A stretch of DNA of 22,198 nucleotides. It comes from an uncultured archaeon (GTDB taxonomy: Archaea; Asgardarchaeota; Lokiarchaeia; Sigyniarchaeales; Promethearchaeaceae). The position numbers were made by a program, and so were the translations under genes. The stretch is taken from the NCBI GenBank assembly GCA_964426185.1, contig CAYRPF010000054.1:1-22198 (forward strand), written 5' to 3'. Position 1 is the stretch's first letter. Every line of letters begins with the position of its first letter. The notes under the pieces are model-generated. The model was not told the DNA's origin and searched no databases. It saw only the letters and a program-made list of their open reading frames with translations. Positions 7,740-15,992 of the stretch are shown in pieces.

Positions 7740-10687
7740 TAATCAGTCCCTCCTACTAAAACTTTCAGTGTTGATTGCCAAATTTCTTTCAACTGCTCAA
7801 TTGGTTCATCTATCAAAATTTCTAATTTATTTTCCCTAGTTGATAATATCCTAAGATTATGACCTTTTACCGTTCCCACACAACTAAATGTCGTGTTTTT
7901 CATAATTGCTTCGAATTTTTCTTGGTCTTCAGGCCGAATAGTTAAAATTATACGGCTTGGAGTTTCTGAAAAGAGAATGATATCTTCTCTAAGAAGAAAA
8001 TCTGTAGGAATCTTGTCTAGATCAATTTCCATTCCAAAATCACCTGCAAAGGCACTTTCAGCTAAAGCCACAGCTAATCCACCATCTGAACAATCATGAG
8101 CAGAACAAATTATTCCTTCTTTGATTGCTTTATGTAACTTTCTATATTGATCAATTGCTCTCTCTGCATCCACTTTTGGGACAGATTGAAAACCCTTTAA
8201 TTGTAACTCATCGATATATTCACTTCCTCCCAATTCATGGCGGGTTATTCCTAAGATATAGATCAAATCACCTTCATGTTTAACGTCCATAGAGATACTT
8301 TTTCGGATATTAGGTATTTTCCCTATAACTGAAAATAACAAGGTTGGAGGAACACTTACTTGAGTATTTCCAATTTTATAATCGTTTTTCATCGAATCTT
8401 TGCCAGAAATGCATGGGACTTTGAATTTTGTAGTGATATCATATAAGGCTTTATTGGCGCGCACAAGTTGGCCAGTATAACTTTCTTCATCTTCAGTTGA
8501 AAATCCCATTGCCCAGCAGAAATTATCCAACCCTGCCAAGTAGTTCGGATCGGCACCCACACACACTGCATTTCGTACCGCCTCATCTATAGCATTAGCA
8601 ACCATCCAGTAAGTATCGATGTCGGAATATCTTGGACAGAGACCATGTGATACAACTAATCCTTCCCACGAATTGAAAAGTGGCTTAATTACTGCTGCAT
8701 CACTGGGACCATCATTATTTTTTCCCATAAAGGGCTTGATTATACTACCACCTTGAACTTCATGATCATATCTGCGTACAATAGCTTCTTCTTTGGAGCA
8801 AATATTCAATCTTCCAAGTATGCGATAGAACATTTTGGATAATGAATCGGGAGTGGCAAATTCGGGATCTTTTCTGGAGAGGGGTTTCCAAATTCCGCGC
8901 ATTTTTTTTTGAGGGGTTCCTTCGTGAAGGAATTCCATCGAAATATTTCCTACCATTTTTCCTTGATAATACAATTGAAAGTGCTTCGTATTGTTAAATT
9001 CACCAACAATTGTAGATTCCACTTCATATTTTTTTGATAATTCCATGAATTTTTCGATTTTTTCTGGAGGAACTGCTAGGGTCATCCGCTCTTGTGCTTC
9101 ACTGACTAAAATTTCCCATGGCATCAATCCTGGATATTTCAGCGGGGGTTTTTCTAAATCTAAACGTGCACCAATTTCTTGTCCCATTTCACCTACGCTA
9201 GAAGATAATCCTCCTGCTCCGTTATCAGTTATTGCATTAAATAAATCTAAATCCCGTGCTTCTAACAAGAAATCGAGCATATTTTTCTGCACTATGGGTG
9301 CTCCGATTTGAACTGCAGTTGCGGGTGAGTTCTCATTAATTTCAAGAGAAGAAAAAGTGGCTCCATGAATACCATCTGCTCCAATTTTACCACCGCACAT
9401 TACTACATAATCTCCCGGCTGGGGGGCTTTTTCATGAGTGTATTTTCCATTTATCTTTGCTGGTGCAATCCCCCCTGTTCCTACAAATACAAGTGGTTTT
9501 CCTAAATAGCGGGGATCAAAATACAAACTGCCATTTACTGTGGGAATTCCAGATTGATTTCCACCATCAATTACTCCTTTATGAACTCCTTTTAGCACAC
9601 GACGGGGATGAAACAAACGTGGAGGTATTTTACCTTTATAAAATGGACTGGCAAAACAGAAAACATCCGTATTGAATATTAATTTAAATCCTTTTCCAGT
9701 TCCTGCTGGATCTCGATTACATCCTACAATTCCGGTTAAGGCACCACCATATGGATCTAATGCCGTTGGAGAGTTATGAGTTTCAACTTTCATTGCAATA
9801 GTGTAATCGTCATTAAATTGAATTACTCCAGCATTATCTTTAAAGACTGATACCAGATAGGGTGAATTAATTTGTTCAGTAGAAGCGCGAATGTAGGTCT
9901 TAAAGAGTGAATCGATGACTTCATGATGATCTTCTTCAAAATAATCAATTTTCGCGTTAAAAATTTTGTGTTTACAGTGTTCAGACCAAGTTTGTGCTAA
10001 GCATTCCAACTCTACATCAGTTGGTTGTGAAGGAAGGCCTAATTTTTGTCGTTCTTCCTTTCTTTCATTAAAATAATTTCTAATGGTCTTCATTTCTTCT
10101 AAATTTAAAGCTAAGACATTTTCGCGGCTGATATCCAGAAGCACTTCATCAGAAACATTCAAATTAATTTCATGAACTTCTGGTTTTTGATCTAATATAA
10201 CTTTTGGAACAGCAGGTGTGAATTCATGCATATTTTGACCCGATTTAATTTCCCACCGCTGGATTAATTCGTTGGCCAATAGATTTTTCGCAATAAATTC
10301 TGCAGTGGTTGTATCACAATTGTGTAAAAGGTATTGTTCGGAAGTATAGACTCCATCAACTTTGATATGTATAGCATCTTGAATTGCCTTTATCGCTGTC
10401 GTTCCTACATTATCTGTGACTCCCGGCTTAAATCCTATCTCTACTATTGCTCCTTCAAAATTTTTTGCTAATGGATTATCAACCTTGAAAGTTTCAGTTA
10501 TTGGATCTGAAAATACAGAATACCCAAGAGTTGAGAGTTGATCTTGTGACAAATTTCCGCCCTCAATTGTATATACCTTAATTTTTTCAACTTTTCTTAT
10601 TGTAGTTATGTTGAGATCGTGACGAATATCTGCGTGAACATTGTTATCGATCGCAACCCCTACTTCGATACGGTGCACATTTTCCAT
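7739..10687 (-). CDS. purL: Phosphoribosylformylglycinamidine synthase synthetase subunit with two N-terminal PurS-like repeats (982 aa)
   Basis: QTWSEHCKHKIFN, KVETHNSPTALDPYGGA, DNGAGG, SEAQERM, YDHEVQ, SGKDSM, HDCSDGG. ATG 10687 has GGGAG 10 nt upstream, preferred over TTG 10723. No glutaminase domain. Confidence 0.96.
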   Translation of the reverse strand: MENVHRIEVGVAIDNNVHADIRHDLNITTIRKVEKIKVYTIEGGNLSQDQLSTLGYSVFSDPITETFKVDNPLAKNFEGAIVEIGFKPGVTDNVGTTAIKAIQDAIHIKVDGVYTSEQYLLHNCDTTTAEFIAKNLLANELIQRWEIKSGQNMHEFTPAVPKVILDQKPEVHEINLNVSDEVLLDISRENVLALNLEEMKTIRNYFNERKEERQKLGLPSQPTDVELECLAQTWSEHCKHKIFNAKIDYFEEDHHEVIDSLFKTYIRASTEQINSPYLVSVFKDNAGVIQFNDDYTIAMKVETHNSPTALDPYGGALTGIVGCNRDPAGTGKGFKLIFNTDVFCFASPFYKGKIPPRLFHPRRVLKGVHKGVIDGGNQSGIPTVNGSLYFDPRYLGKPLVFVGTGGIAPAKINGKYTHEKAPQPGDYVVMCGGKIGADGIHGATFSSLEINENSPATAVQIGAPIVQKNMLDFLLEARDLDLFNAITDNGAGGLSSSVGEMGQEIGARLDLEKPPLKYPGLMPWEILVSEAQERMTLAVPPEKIEKFMELSKKYEVESTIVGEFNNTKHFQLYYQGKMVGNISMEFLHEGTPQKKMRGIWKPLSRKDPEFATPDSLSKMFYRILGRLNICSKEEAIVRRYDHEVQGGSIIKPFMGKNNDGPSDAAVIKPLFNSWEGLVVSHGLCPRYSDIDTYWMVANAIDEAVRNAVCVGADPNYLAGLDNFCWAMGFSTEDEESYTGQLVRANKALYDITTKFKVPCISGKDSMKNDYKIGNTQVSVPPTLLFSVIGKIPNIRKSISMDVKHEGDLIYILGITRHELGGSEYIDELQLKGFQSVPKVDAERAIDQYRKLHKAIKEGIICSAHDCSDGGLAVALAESAFAGDFGMEIDLDKIPTDFLLREDIILFSETPSRIILTIRPEDQEKFEAIMKNTTFSCVGTVKGHNLRILSTRENKLEILIDEPIEQLKEIWQSTLKVLVGGTD

Positions 10688-10800
10688 ACTGTAATATCTC
10701 CCGCTGGATTCCAAAAATAGCAAATGAGAATAATTACACCAATGTATTTAGGCTTTAAAATCGAACGCTGAAAAATTTAATGGGGAGTTAATATTACAGT
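10688..10800. repeat. Inverted repeat: ACTGTAATAT(CTCCC) at 10688-10702 versus (GGGAG-tta-)ATATTACAGT at 10783-10800
   Basis: Perfect 10 bp inverted repeat, extendable by 5 bp across a 3 nt bulge. One arm covers the purL SD and abuts the ATG. Confidence 0.7.
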
Positions 10801-10854
10801 TACCTTAGAAATTACAATTCGTTGAATTTTTCGATTTTTAAGAAAGAAATACTA

Positions 10855-10881
10855 GAAAATAAAGGTAAAAAAGAAGAAAAA
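10855..10881 (-). terminator. Oligo-T (archaeal-type) terminator after purC
   Basis: Minus strand reads TTTTTCTTCTTTTTTACCTTTATTTTC immediately after the purC stop. Confidence 0.5.
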
Positions 10882-11850
10882 TTAAATATTCAGATTTTTC
10901 TTGATTCGATCAATCACATTTCCTTCAATTACCGGCTCAAACTTTTCTCCTGTAATCATTTCATAGGATTGGATATATCTATTTACAAATTCTACCTTGA
11001 CTTCATCGGGTACTTCTGGAATCGGGCCATCTCCCATATATTTTTTCTCAATAATTAACCATTGTCGGAAAAATTCCTTATCCAATATTTCTGGCTTCTC
11101 TCCTCGTTCAAAACGGGATTCATAGGTATCTTTTATCCAAAATCGGGAAGCATCTGGAGTAAAGATTTCATCAATTACAACAACTTTTCCATCATGAGTT
11201 TTTCCGAATTCAAATTTACAATCCACTAAGATTAAATTATTTTGAGCACAGTAATCTGAGGCAAATCTGAACAAATCTAAGGTTTTCTTTTCAATATCTG
11301 CATATAATTCTGCATCAACTAATCCTTGAGCAATTATTTCTTCTTTAGAGATGGGTAAATCGTGTTCTCCCACTTCTGCTTTTGTTGAAGGTGTAATAAC
11401 AGGTTCCGGAAGTTTTTGATAATTCTTTAAACCTGGTGGAAATATAATGCCAGATACCGATTCCCCTTTTTGATATGCACGCCACGCGCTTCCGGTTATA
11501 TATGCTCTAACAATCATTTCGATGGGCAAGCTTTCACATTCATGAACCCTTACAACATTTGGATCAGGTACATCAATGATATGATTGGGAGCAATATGCT
11601 TGGTTTTTTCAAACCAGAAAACTGACATTTGATTGAGTAATTGGCCCTTAAATGGAATAGTGGTTATAACTCTATCAAAAGCGCTTAGTCTGTCGGTTGA
11701 AATAATGATACGTTGATGATTTTCTTTATCAATAAAATTTTCTCTTACTTTACCGCGATAATGATGCCCGAGTTGAGGTAAAGATATTTCCGAAACAGTA
11801 TTATTCAGTTGACTTCTAATTAAAGATTCATCTAGCATGTGATTAATCAT
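10882..11850 (-). CDS. purC: SAICAR synthase (long, Ade1-like form)
   Basis: YRGKVRE, TDRLSAFD, IPFKGQ, PIEMIVRAYITGS, TPSTKA, LVDCKFEFG, IDEIFTPDASRFW, DKEFFRQWL. Confidence 0.96.
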   Translation of the reverse strand: MINHMLDESLIRSQLNNTVSEISLPQLGHHYRGKVRENFIDKENHQRIIISTDRLSAFDRVITTIPFKGQLLNQMSVFWFEKTKHIAPNHIIDVPDPNVVRVHECESLPIEMIVRAYITGSAWRAYQKGESVSGIIFPPGLKNYQKLPEPVITPSTKAEVGEHDLPISKEEIIAQGLVDAELYADIEKKTLDLFRFASDYCAQNNLILVDCKFEFGKTHDGKVVVIDEIFTPDASRFWIKDTYESRFERGEKPEILDKEFFRQWLIIEKKYMGDGPIPEVPDEVKVEFVNRYIQSYEMITGEKFEPVIEGNVIDRIKKNLNI

Positions 11851-11874
11851 TATTTTACAAATAAAAAATCATCG

Positions 11875-11882
11875 TATATATG
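11875..11882 (-). promoter_or_regulatory. Putative TATA box for purC (leaderless spacing)
   Basis: Minus strand CATATATA ends about 25 nt upstream of ATG 11850. Confidence 0.45.
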
Positions 11883-11950
11883 TAATAATGGGGTATTATG
11901 CCGAAGATTTTCGAATTTTGAGCAAAAAATTATCTAAAAAGCAACAATTC

Positions 11951-12346
11951 TTATAGCTTTTTATAATTCTTACCGCTATACTTGTCAATCGGGTACTTCT
12001 TTCCATTACTTTGTATTTTCTTGAGAATAACTTCAGTAAAATTAGGTAGATTCAAAGCATTGACCAAATTTATCAAGTAAATAAAAATATCGGCCATTTC
12101 ATCAGTTATTGGTGATAATTCCTGTGAAATTTCATCATCTTGTTTAAACAAGAAATTTTCCAGAAGTTCAGCCGCTTCGATAGAAATTGCCTCTGATAAA
12201 GCACGGGGTGTATGATAAGATTCCCAATTTCGCTCCACCACAAAATCCTTTAGTATTTTTCGAAAGTTTTCGATAGTGTAATTATTATCATTAGGTGAAT
12301 TCTGTAGAAGAATATCATCTGATTTATCCGAAATCTTATTATTCAT
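11951..12346 (-). CDS. MazG-like nucleotide pyrophosphohydrolase (DCTPP1/RS21-C6-like)
   Basis: FVVERNWESYHTPRALSEAISIEAAELLENF and DEMADIFIYL (ExxE...ExxD all-alpha NTP-PPase), plus NGKKYP. ATG 12346 (8 bp overlap with the MTase end, purine-rich AGGGAAAG upstream) preferred over 12376. Confidence 0.88.
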   Translation of the reverse strand: MNNKISDKSDDILLQNSPNDNNYTIENFRKILKDFVVERNWESYHTPRALSEAISIEAAELLENFLFKQDDEISQELSPITDEMADIFIYLINLVNALNLPNFTEVILKKIQSNGKKYPIDKYSGKNYKKL

Positions 12347-13775
12347 TTTTCTTTCCCTTGTAGGAGTATTTTCCACAAATTTTTAAAACTTTTTCCACAT
12401 TTTCGGTTTTTATATACTGATCGAAACGAATTTTTTCATCGGAGTTCATTAAAAGTAGAGGACAAGTCTCAATTATTTTACGAGCTTGGGACAATCCGAA
12501 ATATTTTCTGATATAATCTCCTGATGAATACTTATATGATGTTAAAAATTCGCTATCACTTTCTGAACGTAGATATTCTAATATAAAATTAACATATTCT
12601 CTCAAAAGTTCTTGATCTTTAAGAGAAATAGGTGTATCAAAAAAAATTTGTATGGGGTTTGTTCGATAAGTGTTTTTTGTTACCATTATCCCATTTACTT
12701 TAAAACTCGCATTAATATTATATAACCCTGCTCGGCCCTCCCAAGTTCCGGTGTCTACGGTTCGTACCCACAATTGGTTGGCTAAAATCTTTTGTTTCAT
12801 TTTCTTATTTACATAAATGACAGTTTTTTCATAGGAATTTCCAATAAAACGGTTGGCATCTATAACTTTTATGCTATAATTGCCAAAATTTTTTTTCACT
12901 TCTAATTTTTGTAGATAATAATGAATTTTAAGTGGATTGTGCGATTTAAATTTTTCAACAAATTCTTCAAAGTGGGTTCCTGCGCGGTAATGATATTTTG
13001 GATGGAGAATAAAGTGTTTTTGAGATTTTTTAGTATTAATTTTAACCGCATCGAATTCAGATTTCTCAGGATTGTATGATTTCTTTCGTTTAAAGAAAAA
13101 AATACCCACATTCATTCCAGTGAAATCGAAAATTGGTTTTTCATATATGTATGCGTGTTCAATTTTATATAAAGGTAAAAAATCATCTCTAATTTTATTA
13201 GATACGGAATTTCCAAAAATGAAATTTGTTGGGATTAAGTAGATCATGCGATCAGTAGAATTTCTTAAGTCATTCATTAAGGCAATCTGATATAGATCTT
13301 GATACCCTTTATTTTTTCCTTGAAAATAGGCTAAATGGCTTTTTGTGTGCGAATTTTTGGCGATATAGCCTAAATACAAGTATGGAGGATTTGTAATATG
13401 AAATAGCGGCTTTGAATTAATTTTTTCTTGTTCAAGGATCTTTGGGGGATAAGATTTTAATGAATCCCAGAGAAAAATGTTATTTCTTGCAATTTCTTCT
13501 GGAATTTCATATTTCTTTGCGTTGTTGATAATTTCTTCTACGCATTTTTGTTGAATATCACAAAGAAAAATATGATTTTGAAAAAATTTCACTCGTTCAG
13601 ACTTTGGTATATATTCAAGTATGGGTAAAACTAAATTTCCTGCCCCAGCAAATAAGTCCACCCAAATATATTGATTTAAGTGGGATTTTATTCTGGGAAA
13701 TATCAATTCATGAAAAATATGGGTGGAAGTAAAATGTTGACCATATTTTCTACGATGGTTTGCAATGGAATTCAT
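12339..13775 (-). CDS. Amino (N6-adenine/N4-cytosine) DNA methyltransferase, gamma-type motif order
   Basis: Motif X YGQHFTS, motif I WVDLFAGAGNL, motif IV ITNPPY, then DLYQ, YLIPTNF and IFDFTG, followed by a putative target-recognition region. ATG 13775 directly follows TTG 13778. Confidence 0.88.
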   Translation of the reverse strand: MNSIANHRRKYGQHFTSTHIFHELIFPRIKSHLNQYIWVDLFAGAGNLVLPILEYIPKSERVKFFQNHIFLCDIQQKCVEEIINNAKKYEIPEEIARNNIFLWDSLKSYPPKILEQEKINSKPLFHITNPPYLYLGYIAKNSHTKSHLAYFQGKNKGYQDLYQIALMNDLRNSTDRMIYLIPTNFIFGNSVSNKIRDDFLPLYKIEHAYIYEKPIFDFTGMNVGIFFFKRKKSYNPEKSEFDAVKINTKKSQKHFILHPKYHYRAGTHFEEFVEKFKSHNPLKIHYYLQKLEVKKNFGNYSIKVIDANRFIGNSYEKTVIYVNKKMKQKILANQLWVRTVDTGTWEGRAGLYNINASFKVNGIMVTKNTYRTNPIQIFFDTPISLKDQELLREYVNFILEYLRSESDSEFLTSYKYSSGDYIRKYFGLSQARKIIETCPLLLMNSDEKIRFDQYIKTENVEKVLKICGKYSYKGKKNE

Positions 13776-13793
13776 CAAATATCACAAATAAAA

Positions 13794-14567
13794 TTAAAAT
13801 TTGAAAATTCGGCTAAACAAATCTTGATCTCTCGACATCAGCATGGTATCTGGAGAAATTTTTTGAGAAGTAAAAGAAACTGGGGCATCTTTTACCAATA
13901 CGAAAGGAGTCTGTTCATCACACTCTCCCATCAAAAGATGAGCAACATCTGTAATTTGATCCGCCAAAGCACGTGTGGTCCACTTCATTTCATGACCGAA
14001 AAGATCACATCTTCCCCGACAGTCATCCACCGGCTTAAATCCAGCCACTCCAATAGCAACTCCTACGATACCTCGACGGAGTGGTTGAACTCGTGAATCG
14101 GAAATAATCACACCAAATTCATTCAATTGATATTTTTCCTTTATTTTTTTGCAGAGATCTTCCGCTACTCCAAATGGATCGACAGGCCATAAGGAATATT
14201 CTCCTTCACCTCCCGCATTAGATTGGTCTATGCCGGCATTGGCGATTAAAATACCAGATTTCACAGTGAAAAGCATTCCAGGTATGCCACCTATAATTTC
14301 ATCAGATTCTTGAAGAACCAATTGGGCAAAAGCGGGTTCTACTTCAAATTCTGATGACCATTGAACTGCATTTGGTGTAATATTAGTGATATCCGATAAT
14401 TTTATAATTCGGTTTTGGGTGGTACTTACAACAGTTTCGGCAATCACTATTATTGAACGTTCTTGAGGAATTTGTAAATGTAATTCAAAAGTTTCACATA
14501 GAACCTCGAAAAGATTTTCTCCCGGTTTTATAATATGGGATGCTTTTAATCCAATTGCTTCTACCAT
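13794..14567 (-). CDS. cofE: CofE-family (COG1478) gamma-glutamyl ligase: F420-0:L-glutamate ligase or folate-type FolC2
   Basis: IIVIAETVVS, ANAGIDQSN, GVIISDS-x-x-x-PLRRG, GVAIGVAG, DLFG, ADQI, LLMGE..EQTP. Strong SD AGGAGG at 14575-14580. Confidence 0.9.
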   Translation of the reverse strand: MVEAIGLKASHIIKPGENLFEVLCETFELHLQIPQERSIIVIAETVVSTTQNRIIKLSDITNITPNAVQWSSEFEVEPAFAQLVLQESDEIIGGIPGMLFTVKSGILIANAGIDQSNAGGEGEYSLWPVDPFGVAEDLCKKIKEKYQLNEFGVIISDSRVQPLRRGIVGVAIGVAGFKPVDDCRGRCDLFGHEMKWTTRALADQITDVAHLLMGECDEQTPFVLVKDAPVSFTSQKISPDTMLMSRDQDLFSRIFKF

Positions 14568-14600
14568 TACTTTTCCTCCTTCATATTTATTCCTTCATTT

Positions 14601-15944
14601 TTATTCCTTTATTTCTTTTTCATATGGCTTAAAATTTATTTTGGGCGTTCTATTTTGCGTTAAAACCTCTTCAATCATGGTTCCTATCCGTTTCATTTCT
14701 AAATCTTGTGATTTCAATTTACTTACCAATTTTTTTAACTGTAAAGGTGTTCCCATAACGATCGCTGTGAACTGTTTAGTGTATTTATGATATTCAGTAG
14801 TAATAACATCTTTATGCAGTGCGACATCGCCACCCCGTGCTAACATTTCTTGTTTTAGGATTAATGCTTGCGGAGCGGTTAATTTATCAATCTGTATTAA
14901 GTTGGTAGACATTTTCTGCTTCATAATGTTGGTTCCTCCATTAGAAACCCCTATTCTATGAAGAAATACTTCAGCTGCAGTCGAATTCCGAAAAGGAGGA
15001 AGTAAAGTTGTTCTTTGATTCTCTGTGCTTGTTGTGATAATTTTTTTTCTCAAAGCGGAGGCCATTTGAACCATTTCATAGAGTTGTGAAGTTATTTGAT
15101 GTGCCCGAATAATATGAGCTCCATTAAAAACTGCGATTGAGGTGGCAGCCAAACTTCCGTTTAATCTTTCATTCGGGTCTTTTTTTCCCAATACTGAACC
15201 GATAAACGATTTTCGTGAAAGACCAATCAAAATAGGGGAACGAAGTGCACGTAAATCTTCTAAATTATGTAACATTTCTAAATCATATTCGAAAGTTTTC
15301 TCGCTGACCCATTTTCCTATGCCAGGATCAACAATAACTTGATCTAAAGGATATTTCTCATTATCTAAATCATCCATTGTCGATGAGAGTGAAGTAAGTA
15401 TTTCTGTAATGTCTTTAGCATCGCCGGGTTTCTTCATTGTAGCCATTAAACATACCGGAACCTTATGACTTATCACAAAATTCTTCATTTTATTATCTGT
15501 GTGAAAGGAAGATATATCATTTACCAAGAAAGGAATATCATATGGCGCAGCTAGTTTGAAAGCCAATTCGGCAACTTCAGAGTATTGTGTATCGATAGAT
15601 AACACAGTTTCTTTGGGTATATGCGGTAGTGCCACCATTAAGGCTTGTTCAACACGAGTGAGTTCTTCATCTAAGGAAATTGGTTCTGACCAAGGTGCAG
15701 TAGATCTTGCACCGAAATCCAAAAATGTGGCTCCATTTGCCAAATCTTGCTTTATTTGGGGAAGGATTTGTTCTTTAGAAATATAAGATTCCTTAAAGAA
15801 ACTTTCTGGACTTAGATTTATAATTCCCATTAAGTGAACGGGAGTGAGATCCCCAACTGGAATGCGATCTGCTAATTTTGATTGAATAAATGCCATAATG
15901 AATACTATAGCTTCCACTCTTTTTGGATTTTTTTTCTCGCTCAT
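14601..15944 (-). CDS. folP: Dihydropteroate synthase with C-terminal dihydropteroate-reductase(Prd)-like domain
   Basis: MGIINLSPESF, DFGARSTAP, SIDT, VNDIS, VDPGIG, GLSRKSFI and GAHIIRAH, plus about 130 extra C-terminal residues containing ALILKQEMLARGGD. Alternative start at ATG 15896. Confidence 0.92.
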   Translation of the reverse strand: MSEKKNPKRVEAIVFIMAFIQSKLADRIPVGDLTPVHLMGIINLSPESFFKESYISKEQILPQIKQDLANGATFLDFGARSTAPWSEPISLDEELTRVEQALMVALPHIPKETVLSIDTQYSEVAELAFKLAAPYDIPFLVNDISSFHTDNKMKNFVISHKVPVCLMATMKKPGDAKDITEILTSLSSTMDDLDNEKYPLDQVIVDPGIGKWVSEKTFEYDLEMLHNLEDLRALRSPILIGLSRKSFIGSVLGKKDPNERLNGSLAATSIAVFNGAHIIRAHQITSQLYEMVQMASALRKKIITTSTENQRTTLLPPFRNSTAAEVFLHRIGVSNGGTNIMKQKMSTNLIQIDKLTAPQALILKQEMLARGGDVALHKDVITTEYHKYTKQFTAIVMGTPLQLKKLVSKLKSQDLEMKRIGTMIEEVLTQNRTPKINFKPYEKEIKE

Positions 15945-15992
15945 CTTTTTATGAAGAAGGATTTCACGAACATAACTCTTTTTAGGTGCCCA

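Noticed and set aside
10688-10800. MITE bounded by the 10 bp inverted repeat
   Set aside because: No target-site duplication, no second copy in the window, and one arm is the purL SD spacer.
10822-11058. 78 aa plus-strand ORF
   Set aside because: Mostly antisense to purC and runs through the A-rich terminator complement.
11951-13775. Low GC as proof that the MTase/MazG pair was horizontally acquired
   Set aside because: It looks more AT-rich than the pur and gyr genes, but the hypothetical genes at 23-4364 are similarly AT-rich, and no boundary repeats or mobility genes were seen.
13680-14096. 138 aa plus-strand ORF as a possible restriction or controller gene next to the MTase
   Set aside because: Antisense to cofE and the MTase start, GTG start, no recognisable motif; shadow ORF.
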